Shown: one piece after another, positions 21,786-33,610 of the stretch
Numbering within the stretch: position 1 is the first letter of the stretch
Layout of the letters: each line of letters begins with the position of its first letter
DNA from: Craspedostauros australis
Lineage: Eukaryota
Length of the DNA: 38,792 bases
Assembly: GCA_030167865.1 (NCBI GenBank)
Contig: JALAGF010004182.1
Span: 1 to 38,792 of the forward strand
Reading direction: 5' to 3'
Made by a program: the position numbers and the translations under genes
The notes under the pieces: generated by a model
What the model was told of the DNA's origin: nothing
The model's input: only the letters and a program-made list of their open reading frames with translations
The model's database searches: none

Positions 21786-22427
21786 ATGACCAACCCAGCC
21801 ACCATCAACACCGCCGTCGTCACCAAGACCGATGCCGAGGCCGAGCAGGAAGCCAAGCTCGCCAAGATGACAGAGGCCTGCAAGACCATCCTCGAATGCA
21901 TCGGTGAGGACCCAACCCGCGAGGGCCTTCAGAAGACGCCATCGCGATGGGCCAAGGCCCTCCTCTTCCTCACACACGGATACAACCTCACCTGCCAGGA
22001 CGTCACCAACGAGGCCGTCTTCGAGGAGAACCACGACGAGATGGTCGTCGTGCGTAACATCGACATCCACAGTCTCTGCGAACATCACATGGTGCCATTC
22101 ACAGGACGCGTCCATATCGGATACATCCCCAACGGCAAGATTCTCGGACTCTCCAAGCTCGCCCGTATTTCCGAGGTCTTCGCCCGCCGCCTGCAGGTCC
22201 AGGAGCGTCTCACCAGCCAGATCGCCGATGCCATCGTTGAGGCCATCGAACCACTGGGTGTTGCCGTCGTCATCGAATGCGCTCACTTCTGCATGGTCAT
22301 GCGCGGAGTGCAGAAGGTCGGCGCCTCCACAACCACCTCGTCCGTGCGCGGAGTCTTCAAGGATGACGGAAAGATCCGATCCGAGTTCTTTGGAATCATC
22401 CACGGCAACGGCATCAAGATGTGCTAA
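21786..22427 (+). CDS. GCH1: GTP cyclohydrolase I, 213 aa
   Basis: [41 protein letters not shown] and HFCMVMRGV. Confidence 0.97.
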   Translation: MTNPATINTAVVTKTDAEAEQEAKLAKMTEACKTILECIGEDPTREGLQKTPSRWAKALLFLTHGYNLTCQDVTNEAVFEENHDEMVVVRNIDIHSLCEHHMVPFTGRVHIGYIPNGKILGLSKLARISEVFARRLQVQERLTSQIADAIVEAIEPLGVAVVIECAHFCMVMRGVQKVGASTTTSSVRGVFKDDGKIRSEFFGIIHGNGIKMC

Positions 22428-23556
22428 ATACACTCGCACACGAAGAAAAGAATGAATGAATGACAGATCCATTGCGGACGGCACAACCGTCCTCCGGGAA
22501 CAAGGTACGATGAGACCATCGTATCGGTACGAAACGATAGACGACAGGAACAACCGCATCGGCATGCTTTGACTAAACTACATCGAAATGATGAGAGAAC
22601 GAACCCACGACCATCACACTCCTGCATAACCTAGAGAAAAACAACTCGAGAAACAGACGCAAACAATTTCTTTTGAAGCCATAAGAGAGAGAACCACGAG
22701 TTTGGAACCTTTCGCAAATCTTGAACCTGCTCATGCGTTGTCCACCACAGACACACGCGCGCGATACGTAGATTGTGTGCCCAATTCCTTCGCGAGAAAG
22801 TACGAAACCCGGAGGCTGGTGTCAAACTTTCGGTGCGGATGCGCCAACCATCAACGGGAAAAGCAAACCACAATCCTCGATCAAATCAGACGACGAACCG
22901 CGCCTCAATCATCATTGGAGGTGAAGCGTTTGTGGGAAATTCCGGAAGGTTGCGGAATCCTGTTACTGTGCACTTTCCACCATCGAATCTTGGAGACAAA
23001 CATACTTTTGTCTCCCCTCATGCAACACGTGTCAGATGGATGATAGGCTCCCTTGTTTCGTCAGTCCGTGCAACTCGCGTGTACAAGGTTTCGTGCGTGG
23101 CAGTGCTGTCGCTGCTGGGGCCTCGTCAATTCGACTCCGCGAGGTCGGTATCACTTTCTTAGGTAGTTTGGGGACAGCACAAGCATGGCCATGGATCATT
23201 CTTTGGAATGAGGTATCGTATCATCTATTCCACATATCCGCAACATGGTACCATACCATACACTCGATCGGACTTTGTTTGGCGGGAAGATGCTCGTTCC
23301 ATTCATCGTCGCAGCATTCGGGTAACACGCAGCACACACAACATGAATGTATTCATTCCACAAAGCGCAATGGAGTGGAGCAATCTTCTCGTAATGTTAT
23401 TGCAAAAGCATGGTGCGAAGCCGTGTACGCTGCTCTGCTCGACTCCGTCTGGAGCCGTATTCTGCCATGCTGGTCTCACAGTCCGATGCATCTGTTGGTC
23501 CCAAAACAAGATGCACATGCACATCTGTATGCCGTGCCGCACCATAATGTATGGTA

Positions 23557-24309
23557 TTAGCTCATGAAGAGCTTGGTGCACTGCTCCTTGGTGTCCTCGG
23601 GGCTGGTGACGGTGTGGCCGATCGTTCGCTCGTGGGAGAAGATCTCGTAGTCGTTGCCACCTTCGAACGTCTTGTCTCCGAAGAAATGGATCTCATCAAA
23701 GTCCTCCTTCGGCAGGTACTTGAGGCAGTACGTCTTATCCCATCCATTGGGGAAGCAATCGAAGGAGATCTGGCCGCCGATGGAGAAGGTGAGGTCGAGG
23801 TCGGAGAAGTCCTTCTTCATGGCCGCCACCATGTCCTTGCGGATGTCGTTGGCCAGATCGAACTTCTCGAAATCGTTGCGCTCCTCGCGCGAGCAGTTGC
23901 GCCCGATGGGGGAGATGTTGAACATGCCGCTGCGGAACTCGATGAAGGTCCCGCGCTTGATCGGGATGTCGACGCTGGACAGGTACTTCAGAACCCAGTT
24001 GACGACGCGCTTGACGTTGTCCTCGCCCAGGTGCTTCGAGATGGTCTGGATCTCCTGCAATTCGCCGTCCTTGTAAGCCACGAGGCCGTTCTGGCTGAAG
24101 TTGTACGGGAAGACCTTGGCGATGCCAGCGCCCAGCTGCTCCTCCTGCTTGGGCAGATCCGATCCGCCGACGATGCCGACGGTGATCTTCTTGGAGAGGT
24201 CCTTCATGAACGTCATCATGGGCTCCGTGACCTCTCCGCGCGGGATGGTCAGGGTGCCGTCCACATCGAACAGGGCGAGGATGCGTGGTTTCTCTGGTGC
24301 GCTGCTCAT
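23557..24309 (-). CDS. PMM: Phosphomannomutase (eukaryotic HAD type, SEC53/PMM2), 250 aa
   Basis: [42 protein letters not shown] and [15 protein letters not shown]; start at MSSAPEK. Confidence 0.96.
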   Translation of the reverse strand: MSSAPEKPRILALFDVDGTLTIPRGEVTEPMMTFMKDLSKKITVGIVGGSDLPKQEEQLGAGIAKVFPYNFSQNGLVAYKDGELQEIQTISKHLGEDNVKRVVNWVLKYLSSVDIPIKRGTFIEFRSGMFNISPIGRNCSREERNDFEKFDLANDIRKDMVAAMKKDFSDLDLTFSIGGQISFDCFPNGWDKTYCLKYLPKEDFDEIHFFGDKTFEGGNDYEIFSHERTIGHTVTSPEDTKEQCTKLFMS

Positions 24310-25409
24310 TGTTCCTGCTATACTAGTGATGCGAGTGTGGTTGCGATTGCGGTTGCGGTTGTGGATGGATGGGTGGCAAGGTCTCCGATCAATCAAACAG
24401 AATGGAGTGAGTGGAGTTACCCTCTTCCAGGTTTGGAGTTCTCGCCGCGTGCCACCGTCTCCGGAGATTCGATCTGATGTCCATGTTGTCGCCGTGGTTG
24501 CCGTGTCGTGGGATCCTCTTTCGCTGCCGAAATTGCGTTCGATCTCGTTGGCATTTTGCGCGAAAAAGTATCATCCAACGGCACAGCGAAATGACTTTGG
24601 AATGACAATCGCGAGTCCTGATTGATCGGGAATCACATTTCTAAGGAGCTTCGATAGACTCAATACCAGATCCGAATCCTTCAAACCAACTGTTCACAAA
24701 GTTCGCAGGAACCAAGATGGCAGAACACCATCAGTGGATTGCCGATCTATCGAAAGCAACAGAAGCCGCGCAAAACAAATCCACAAGAAGATCGCGACCT
24801 TCTCTGTCTGCAACCACCTCGGTGGCGTTTCTCTAAATCTCCAAGGGATTGAGTGAGAAAAGTGCTCGAGGGCGCTTTCACCCAACCGCAGACAGAGCAA
24901 AGTGATTGTAAAATAGTCGGAATAGAGCAGAAGCATCCGAGCAACTATACGAGTGGGGTGTCGAAGAGCAAAGGAGTAGCAACCGTAGTTGATCAAGACC
25001 CTACAGACCAACAAACATACTCTTACGAGTACCATCCGTACATGCCCGTACCACACATTACGACAGAGCCCCGCGTCTGAAGCGGAACCTCCATCCTTGT
25101 TCTGCACAACACAACGAGGAAGAAGACCGCGAGGCATCATCGAAAAGAATTGATCGTCGTGTCTCGGCAATCCGCCCGGAGATCACAAAATCTTGCCTCC
25201 TGTGAATGCAACAATAGACACAAAGGTCAGGGCATAAGACAGGTTGGACAAACATTTACACTTTTGCGCATCACGCATCAACGTATCGCGCATCTCACAA
25301 TCGTCAACAAGCATCAACAAGCATCGATAAGCACCGACAAGCATCATCATCTGCACACCAGCAACAAAAACCAGGCAGACAACTGGCCAAGGACACCCCA
25401 TCGATCATC

Positions 25410-26714
25410 ATGGTGAAACGTAGCTCTGCGGATGCAGCCAAGATGGTGGTCTTCGCATCAGCATTGCTGATGTGCCTGTCATCGGTATTCGGTTTGCGCC
25501 CTGTGGGACTTCCCCGATCAACCGCACCGCTGACACCGCCATCGGCAAGCGCGGCGCATTTGATGCCGCATGCTACGAGTGGAATGGCCAACCGCATTTC
25601 GCATGCGTGGGCGCGGCCACAGCGACGAGGAGGGCATGGTCAACAGAACATACAGCTGTGGCAGTCATCAGCAGCCGCCAACATCGACGAGCAAAACGAT
25701 GATTCCACCAGCTCCGCCGCAGCTTCTGCTGCTACCGAGGTCATCACCAAGAGCACGAGCAAGCCACCGTTGCCGCTCGTGTTGTGGAGATTCACGCGGC
25801 CGCATACCATCATTGGCTCGGCGCTCGCCATACCGGCCCTGCACGTCCTGGCAGCACCCACCTTCCGGGACGCGTTCCGGGTCAAAACGGGCATATCCAT
25901 CCTGTTCGCCCTGGTCCCGTCCTTGCTCATGAATCTGTACATCACTGGATTGAATCAGCTCTACGACGTGGAGATCGACAAGATCAACAAGCCCGATTTG
26001 CCGTTGGCGTGCGGGGACCTGTCCATGCGCGGCGGCATCATCGCGGTCACCGTCTCGCTGATCGTCTCCTTGGCGATGGGCGCGTCGAATTCCGTGCTCG
26101 GTTCGCAGGGACTCAACATGGCCCTCTGGTTTTCCGCCATCCTGGGCACCATGTACTCCGCCCCGCCGTTCCGTCTGAAGCGCTTTCCGCTGCTGGCCGC
26201 CTTCTGCATCGTGGCCGTGCGCGGCGCCGTCATCAACGCCGGCTTCTTCGCTCATGCCACGCTGGCGGCGTACGGCTCATCAACGTCGGTGCTGCACTGC
26301 CTCACGACGGACGCGCGCTGCATCCTGTCCAGCCTCTACTTCGCCGTCTTCGGCGTCGTCATCGCGCTGATGAAGGACGTGCCGGATGCCAAGGGCGATC
26401 GAATGTTCAACGTGCGGACCTTCTCGGTGCGCCTGGGTCAGAAGCGGGTGTACAAGATGATGCATCGGCTGCTGTCGACCCTGTTTGCCGGCGTCGGAGC
26501 GAGCTTCCTGGGTGGCGCGGCGCTTCCTGGCGTGTCGTCCACCCTGCGCGTGTGCCGCAGCATCGTGGGCGCGTCATCCATCGCGGCGTCCGTGTCGGTG
26601 CAGAAGGAGGCCGCACCGGTGGATGCCGAAAACCCGAAGGAGGTCTACGGATTCTACATGCATCTCTGGAAGCTCTTCTTCCTTTCCTACATCGTTCTTC
26701 CGTTGGCGAGGTGA
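25410..26714 (+). CDS. HPT: Homogentisate prenyltransferase (UbiA family; phytyltransferase VTE2/HPT-like), probably plastid-targeted, 434 aa
   Basis: FTRPHTIIGS, NQLYDVEIDKINKPDLPL, RLKRFPLLAAFCIVAVRG, KDVPDAKGD and YMHLWKLF, with an N-terminal signal plus transit-like region. HPT versus HST is judged by eye. Confidence 0.85.
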   Translation: MVKRSSADAAKMVVFASALLMCLSSVFGLRPVGLPRSTAPLTPPSASAAHLMPHATSGMANRISHAWARPQRRGGHGQQNIQLWQSSAAANIDEQNDDSTSSAAASAATEVITKSTSKPPLPLVLWRFTRPHTIIGSALAIPALHVLAAPTFRDAFRVKTGISILFALVPSLLMNLYITGLNQLYDVEIDKINKPDLPLACGDLSMRGGIIAVTVSLIVSLAMGASNSVLGSQGLNMALWFSAILGTMYSAPPFRLKRFPLLAAFCIVAVRGAVINAGFFAHATLAAYGSSTSVLHCLTTDARCILSSLYFAVFGVVIALMKDVPDAKGDRMFNVRTFSVRLGQKRVYKMMHRLLSTLFAGVGASFLGGAALPGVSSTLRVCRSIVGASSIAASVSVQKEAAPVDAENPKEVYGFYMHLWKLFFLSYIVLPLAR

Positions 26715-27487
26715 GGCAAGATGGGACGGGACGCGGTGGCATGGATGGATGGACGGATGTCTGGGAATGAGCCAGAGTTGATGAGCCCGGGAAATGTCAT
26801 GTGACAGGAAAGATCCGGAACGGACGTAATCATAAAGTGCCATGCAACATGAGGACATTCCAAACACATGGATTGGCATGTGCTTCTCCTTGTACTTGTG
26901 TGTACATTCACACCTTAGGATTTATTAGAACTGGTCAATGATGCCAATCGAGACAGAACAATGTGGAATGCTCAAACCGGCTGCTACGCTCTCCACTGAA
27001 CTGCTCAACGAGGTAGTCGTATCATGGACAAGGAAGGATTTATCCAACAAGAGAATGAACGCCAAAGTGGAGTGCTCGTGGCTTGTACAGGAATGCGCAT
27101 TGTGGTCAAACATCCTCCTCCAGCATGTGCGCAGGTTCTCCTCCTTGGTCGGAACATGGATGGATTCGACTGTGGCTGTTGGTTGCAGTTCGACCTTTTG
27201 TGATGCGATGTCTTCGGAAGTCACAATTTGTGAACGAACGACAAAATCCACACAGAGAGATGAGAAGGCACAAGAGAACCTCACAATGAGCCTGCTTCAG
27301 TACGCTTCGACACCACAAACCAAGAACGGCGCCACCCCTTCAGCGCTTTCGGGGCAGTGATGGTTGGATGGTTGTCGAGAGCGAAAGAGGAACACTCTTG
27401 CGCGAGGGCATCAGACGAAATATAGTATTGCTCAGCACGACCGCGAGCCACTCTTTCCTGAAGACAAGCACAAGGAGAAGGATACAG

Positions 27488-27537
27488 CAAGGAAGCATTG
27501 TATTATCAAGGAAGCATTGTATTATAGCAAGGAAGCA
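27488..27537. repeat. 19-bp tandem duplication CAAGGAAGCATTGTATTAT x2 plus a partial third copy
   Basis: caaggaagcattgtattat caaggaagcattgtattat ag caaggaagca, upstream of the C2 gene. Confidence 0.9.
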
Positions 27538-27569
27538 GCAACCGTGAACCATAATCGTGGAGAAACACG

Positions 27570-29235
27570 ATGGAAGCACCGATACCGACAACAACCTACG
27601 AAGCAACGCGCGCCCGCGAATCGAACCTGCGCCGCCCCGATCTGATCCACTGGCAACGCAATGCTGCCTACCGCGATCAGAATTACCGGCATCTCGATCA
27701 TCAGCGCGGTGTGATCGGTCATTTCGACGTGCACCTGCTGGAGGCCTGCGATCTGCGTCGGTCGCATTGGAGCGCGTTGGCGTTGGGGCCCGTGCGGTTG
27801 CTGGGATTGTCCAAGGCCCACGGTGCGGTCAGCAGCTTCTGCACCTTGTCGCTTGGGTACGAGCAACGGCCTGTGCAGCCTGCTGTCGACTCCAAGCCGC
27901 GTGCGCGCATATCCCTGCCCAGCAACATCAACGAACCGGAGCGGTTCGTGTCGCCCATCGTGCCCGAAGATGATAATCCCGTCTGGAACAATTGCAGCTT
28001 CAAGATTCCGTTTCACAAGGGCGTGCTGCAAGATGGGCAGAAACTGCGGTTGGACATTCGTGTCGATGAAGACTCGACAGCTGTAGAGAACATCATTCCA
28101 GGAGGTACGTGCGTTGGTTGACCGATTCATTGATTGATTGATTGATGGTACGCCGAATGATGACCTTTCTGTAATGAATACGCTCTCATCGTGCATCATC
28201 GTGTCTCACGACTGCTGCTCCACGATTTCGCATGCTGCCGCCCTCCACTGCTCCATGCGGGTATCGTGGCAATTGATTGTGCTCGTATGCTCCACATATG
28301 CTCCACGCATGTCCTCCGCTCGACTTGGCTCCAATCAAATTACAGTGTCACCGGGAAATGACGGTCGCATGTTGGGTTCCGGATCACTGGATCTGACAAC
28401 GCTGTGTCTGGGAAGCAACCCTCGGACAGGACAACCGCAGGTGAACGTACTGGATACGTGGATACCAATTCAAATCAAACACGGCGACATGGATGACGAC
28501 GACGAGAATGACAAGGACGTGCTGTCCGAGCAGTCAAGCTTGCGCAAGAGTTTGGAACGGTCGGCTTCCAAAGACAGGAAGCAAAAGGCGGATGCGCAGA
28601 AAGATAGCAACAGCAGCAGCAACAACAACGACGGCAATTCCATCACGGGACGCGTCCGCGTGCTCGTCACGTACAAACCATTCGGCATGGAACCGCGGCA
28701 GCACGATATCGTGGCGTTGGAAGCATTCGCACGTCGAACGCCCAGCACCATGAGCTGCGCGCCCATCCTATCTCCCCACACGCCGTTGCGCGTGCGCGAA
28801 GTGTGCGGTCCGTGGCTGTTGCTGGAGCACTCGCAGCAGGCCTGTCTGCGCATGCATCGCAACACGGTGTTCGTGATCGAACGCAAGAATCTGGTGGACG
28901 AGACCATCAATCTCGCTCTGCTGCCGGCCGATGTGTTTTTGTCGACGCCGATCGGGCAGACGACGTGGCAGGTGGCCAGGCCCATGGTCGTGGCGGGTCG
29001 TCAGCTGCTCATGCCGGCGCTGTTATCCGCCAAGCTGTTTTGGATGGCGGCCCGCACGACCATGTTGGCGAGCTTCACGGGGGTCACGGCGGCGTCGACG
29101 GCCATGTGGAATGAAGGTTCGACGCAGCTGACGACGGATGAGTACGACGATGCGCCGCCGGCGGCAGCATCCAATCTGCAGATCGTCCCTGCTGCCTCCG
29201 CGGTGGCGCCAAACTACAAGTTCATCAGTCTGTGA
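27570..29235 (+). CDS. C2-domain-containing protein; exons 27570-28104 and 28346-29235, intron 28105-28345
   Basis: C2-like strands FDVHLLEACDL, SPIVPEDDNPVWNN, LRLDIRVDED, MLGSGSLDL, DTWIPI and GRVRVLVTY. A GTACGT...TTACAG phase-1 intron joins the two ORFs in frame. Confidence 0.75.
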
Positions 29236-29775
29236 TGGCAATGTCATACATGCGGTATGCATGGTGTAGGGCAAGTGCATGGAGAAGGGTATGTAGAGCG
29301 TTCTATGCTTTGTTGGAGATAGCGCACGAGAGGGGGCGTGTATAGATGATCCGCCAGACTTTCACACAGTTGTTGGATAGAATATATCAGATATTACACT
29401 TTCGTACATACAAGCTACTCGCCGTATTGGTAGATACAATGATGTTGTCCTGTTGGCCAGATCGCTTGACAACTCAATGGTTGTAATTTGCACATGGCAA
29501 CACAGATGAAGGATGGGGAATGAAACAGGTGATACTGGTTACACTGCTCTGCAAGATGCAGGCATGATTATGTTCGTTTTTGCTTTGTTCGTGTGGAGAG
29601 AGAAGAGTCGAGTAGAGTGTCACGGCTCCAACCACATTCCTGCCATACTCTGGGTCCTCCGTGGCCGCCGTGCTCCACTCCGTTCCACCCAACTCGACTC
29701 AATTCTACGCAGCGATTGTGTACTCGTTTGAAGAGCATTACCGCAGCTGGACGCATACTCGTCGCACTCCAAGTC

Positions 29776-31138
29776 CTAACTAATGACACAGCAGCTATTC
29801 GTCTTCTTGGCCTGCTTGTAGAACATCTTGGACTGGGCGGAGAGGTCGTTGGATCGCTCCACCAGACTGTCGAGTTTGGTGCCACGCTCGAGGACGGAAT
29901 CGATGGTCTTGTGCAGAATCTGCGTGGTCTCATCGAGGTCCTTTTGGATTTTGGTGACCTTGTCCGCAGCGGATGGGTCCTGGTATTTCTCAAGGTATTC
30001 GTTGATGGGTGGGAAGGGAACGGATTCCGGCAGGGTCGCGGCCTTCCAGGAATCGCCCTTCTCCTGCGTGAATTCGTCGAGCAGCTGTCCCAGCAGGACG
30101 AAGGCAACACGGGCCGGGTATTCCAGATCCGTGGTGACCGTTCCCGCCAATCCGTCCGATCGCACGTAGCAATGCACGACGTATCCTTCATGCGTGATGG
30201 ATTGGCGCTGTCCTGGCTCCGTGCGTTTGGAGAATGTCTTTGTCAGGAATGTGAGCATCTCTTTGACCGTCTGCGCCAGTTACCACGGAAGAACGAGCAT
30301 TGGTTGTTGCAGTTGCATGGCATTGTATGGCACCAAATGGCACATGGGATGGTGAAGTGTGCATAGTAGGGAATGTAAGAATGACAGAACCGCGGAAGCA
30401 CCATGATGTGATTGAGACGTGTGCATTTGATGGAAGATTGAGTCATGGTCCCAGCATTGCGAATAGAAGGATAGAATGCCGCGCAATTCCATTTCATGAT
30501 GAGTCATGGCCGGCGATGGAGAGTATTGTATTGCATTGCATTGCATGTGTTGATCGATAGGATGTGCCCGACGATGGTGATTCGGAATGCCGCCGAGAAG
30601 GAAGGCGAAAGCGGATGCATTTGAGACGGAAGGATGAAGAGGAGGACGAAGAGTGTGAGAAATGACGGACGGAACAGAGTAGGAGTGAAGAATGGTCTTC
30701 CGTCATTGAGTATCGTGCTCCATTGCAACTCGGAAAGGGCAGCATGTCACAAGGTTCCAATCAGTTTGATGGGAGCCTCTTGCGATGGTCAACAAAGATG
30801 AACATCAGAGCCTTTGCCATTCCTTCGCACTCGCAGCAACGCCTCCATGCTGGCACGAATCGCATTTGCATTCACAAAGACTCCAATGCGCTGTTCTTGC
30901 AAACAGGAAGAAACGATTGCATCTCGTCTATGCTTGCTTGGCTGTGTGGTATGGGACGTCGCGACCATTTGCATTCGTGGATGCGATACAACGCAGCACC
31001 GAGTGGAGCAGAGTGGTTGGAACGCACCGGCCGTTGGAAGAAACCAAACGACGACAGGTCTGTCGCCATGGTAATTGGGATGGCATCGGGGATGTCATTT
31101 CCCGTTCTGACGATCGCAATTCCAAGTACTTTCACCAT
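29776..31138 (-). CDS. YKT6: Longin R-SNARE YKT6, 201 aa; exons 31138-31028 and 30270-29776, 757-nt intron
   Basis: DLSSFGFFQRP|TVKEMLTF, EYPARVAF, KYQDP..ADK, LERGTKLDSLV..S.DLS.QSKMFYKQAKK and a C-terminal CCVIS (CCAAX); GTGCGT...CGCAG intron. Confidence 0.96.
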
Positions 31139-31799
31139 TGTATTGTCTTGTCTTGTATTGTATTGTGTGTTCGTCTCTTTGCTTGCTTGTGTCGGAGGTT
31201 CCTTCTCTGTTGGTTGATGCGCCTGGATCAATGCAACGAGCAGTCGTATGATGAAGTGTGTGTTGGAATGTGTTCGCGGAGAGTGCAATTATGGTGTCGC
31301 TGCGAAACCTGGCCCCAAATCGAGTCATGACTCTCTCCGTCCACCGTCGTCTTTGGGTTTTCCCCATTTCGCCATCTCCTCATCGTGGTGGTTCCGTGGA
31401 GATTTCGCTTCGTTTCGTTGCGATGTGCGCGTTGTCGTTTTTCGCCCCAGCCAAAAGAAGTCCATCGAATCATGCGGACCGAAGCCCGTCTGACCGTATG
31501 CACGCTTGCAGGACTGCGGACAATGACGACAAAATTGTGAGGAGACGCACTTCTTGCGCCCTTTTCAAATTCATTCGCCTTCATCTCATTGCATGTGTGT
31601 GTCATTGCGATCCTCTTTGCGTGATCATTGCGCATCACCATCGTTGCCTCCGTCATCATCATTGCCGACATCACCAACATCGCCACCAGCACGACTGCCA
31701 CAATTGCAATACAAACGCAAGCACAAACAAAAACAGAGCAACCACAACAGAACAGCATCAAAAGGACAACAGCGGGGAGTTTGTGTGCGCTCCATCATC

Positions 31800-33593
31800 A
31801 TGTTGGAATCACTGACGATCTTCGACAAGGGTGGCCTCATACTGTACCAACACGTGGGAGATTCGCCATCGACCATATCTTCTTCTACTTCTTCTTCTCA
31901 ATCTGCAGCCAATAATGGCGACAACAGCGAGGAACAGAAACGGCAGCAGCAAGCCGACATCGTGGATCGTTGGATGGAGGAGGTGTACTTCAATCCCACG
32001 CGATCACAGACCGAACGATACTCGACGATCAAGATCGGAAACGCCAAGATAGTCGTGGAGTGGGAAGAGTCTGCGGACTTTCTCTGCGTGGCCATCTATC
32101 CAGACATCACAGCCTTTCCCTGGATTCGACCGCTGCTGCAGGCGACCGTTGCGGAGTACCAGATCTTTGCGCATTCTCAGCTGCGGAATGATGGCGAGGA
32201 CGGCGAGAATAAGAACGATCTCAACGCCCATCTCTTCCTCGCCATGACGACGTCGCAACACCATGGGAAGCTGTTTGACAAGACCTTCCAGGTTCTGCTG
32301 CGAACGCACAAGGCCAGCGGCAAAGGATCCAATCCTCTTGGGCCGTCGTCGTCTCGTGCAAACAATGGCAGCAATGCAAAGCAGACCGGAAAATCCGCGA
32401 GGGTGGTCCCAAAACCGGGCAAGGGCGGCAAGGAAAAGCGTCATTGGCACGATGGCAAGGCCAAGGTCACCAAGGAGGCGATGGCGTCGCTGGACTTCAG
32501 CAATCCCGCGGAGAGCACGGAAGATGCCCAACAGCAGGCCGAGGACCGTGCGCTGTCCGAGGCCAGGGCCGCCTACCTGCCGACCGACGCGGATCTCGAT
32601 GACTTCAACGCCCAGGTTTCGATCGATGACAATGCAGATGAGGATTCCGATCAGGGCTGGGGAAGCTCTCTGTCCTCCCTCTTCCAGCAGATGACGGGGC
32701 AGAAGGTCCTTGCCGCCCAGGACCTCGAGGCGCCCCTCAAGGAGATGCACAAGCTCCTCACGAGCAAGAACGTCGCCGCCGACATCGCGCAGCAAATTTG
32801 CACCAAGGTGGAAGCGCAGTTGGTGGGCAAGAAGCTCAACAGCATGTACCGCGTCAAGACGGCCGTGCGACAGGCCCTGGAGAGCGTCATCAACAAACTC
32901 CTGGCACCATCTGCGGAGCTCGACGTCGTGCGACGCGTCGTCTCCAAGCGCGACGCCATCTTCGGAAACAAGCGCCCCTACGTCATCTGCGTCGTGGGCA
33001 TCAACGGCGTTGGCAAATCGACATCGCTGGCCAAGATCGCTTACCATCTCAAGACGCACGGCGGTTGCAATCCCTTGCTGGCTGCTTGCGATACCTTCCG
33101 CAGCGGCGCCGTCGAACAGCTCGGCATGCACGCCAAGTGCCTCGATGTTCCCATCTTCTCCAAGGGATACAGCAAGGACCCGTCCAACGTCGCCAAGGCG
33201 GCCATCGAGCAGGCCATTCAAGACAAGAACGATGTCGTGCTGGTCGATACGGCGGGACGCATGCAGAACAACGTGCCCCTCATGAAGGCGCTGGGCAAGT
33301 TGGTCATGGAGAACAAGCCAGATCTCACGGTCTTCGTCGGAGAAGCGCTGGTGGGGAATGACGGTGTGGATCAGGTGCGCATGTTCAACCAGGCGGTCAG
33401 CACGTACGGTCGCAATCACAAGATCGATGCCATCCTCCTCACCAAGTTCGACACCGTCTCGGATAAGGTCGGCGCGGCGCTGTCCATGACCCACGTCACG
33501 AACGCGCCCATCCTCTTTGTCGGAACAGGACAAAAGTACCATCATCTGCAAAAGCTGTCGACGCAATCTGTCATTCAATCGTTATTCAGATAA
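31800..33593 (+). CDS. SRPRA: Signal recognition particle receptor alpha subunit, 597 aa
   Basis: N-terminal MLESLTIFDKGGLILY (SRX longin domain), GINGVGKSTSLAKI, ACDTFRSGAVEQL, DTAGRMQNN, GEALVGNDG, TKFDT and FVGTGQKY. Confidence 0.95.
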   Translation: MLESLTIFDKGGLILYQHVGDSPSTISSSTSSSQSAANNGDNSEEQKRQQQADIVDRWMEEVYFNPTRSQTERYSTIKIGNAKIVVEWEESADFLCVAIYPDITAFPWIRPLLQATVAEYQIFAHSQLRNDGEDGENKNDLNAHLFLAMTTSQHHGKLFDKTFQVLLRTHKASGKGSNPLGPSSSRANNGSNAKQTGKSARVVPKPGKGGKEKRHWHDGKAKVTKEAMASLDFSNPAESTEDAQQQAEDRALSEARAAYLPTDADLDDFNAQVSIDDNADEDSDQGWGSSLSSLFQQMTGQKVLAAQDLEAPLKEMHKLLTSKNVAADIAQQICTKVEAQLVGKKLNSMYRVKTAVRQALESVINKLLAPSAELDVVRRVVSKRDAIFGNKRPYVICVVGINGVGKSTSLAKIAYHLKTHGGCNPLLAACDTFRSGAVEQLGMHAKCLDVPIFSKGYSKDPSNVAKAAIEQAIQDKNDVVLVDTAGRMQNNVPLMKALGKLVMENKPDLTVFVGEALVGNDGVDQVRMFNQAVSTYGRNHKIDAILLTKFDTVSDKVGAALSMTHVTNAPILFVGTGQKYHHLQKLSTQSVIQSLFR

Positions 33594-33610
33594 ATCACAC
33601 CTATTTCTTT

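Noticed and set aside
19310-26714. Apparent cofactor/vitamin cluster (ferredoxin, GCH1, PMM, HPT)
   Set aside because: The pathways and compartments are unrelated and the orientations mixed, so chance adjacency in a compact genome is more likely.
26938-27645. Two same-frame ORFs separated by a single TGA (27358-27360), suggesting selenocysteine or readthrough
   Set aside because: No redox motif, no recognisable SECIS and no coding-like bias. The frame runs through a tandem duplication and overlaps the C2 gene start.
31554-31799. N-terminal extensions in the ORF track for SR-alpha (also PMM 24310-24396 and 9335-9469)
   Set aside because: These are low-complexity C/A-rich leader sequences. 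For SR-alpha and PMM, family homology begins at the downstream ATG.
32004-33578. 524-aa antisense ORF, and similar shadows at 23551-24477, 19430-20254, 21732-22565, 25784-26770 and 29593-30366
   Set aside because: Each overlaps a well-supported gene. High GC3 codon bias suppresses stops in alternative frames, and none has recognisable motifs.
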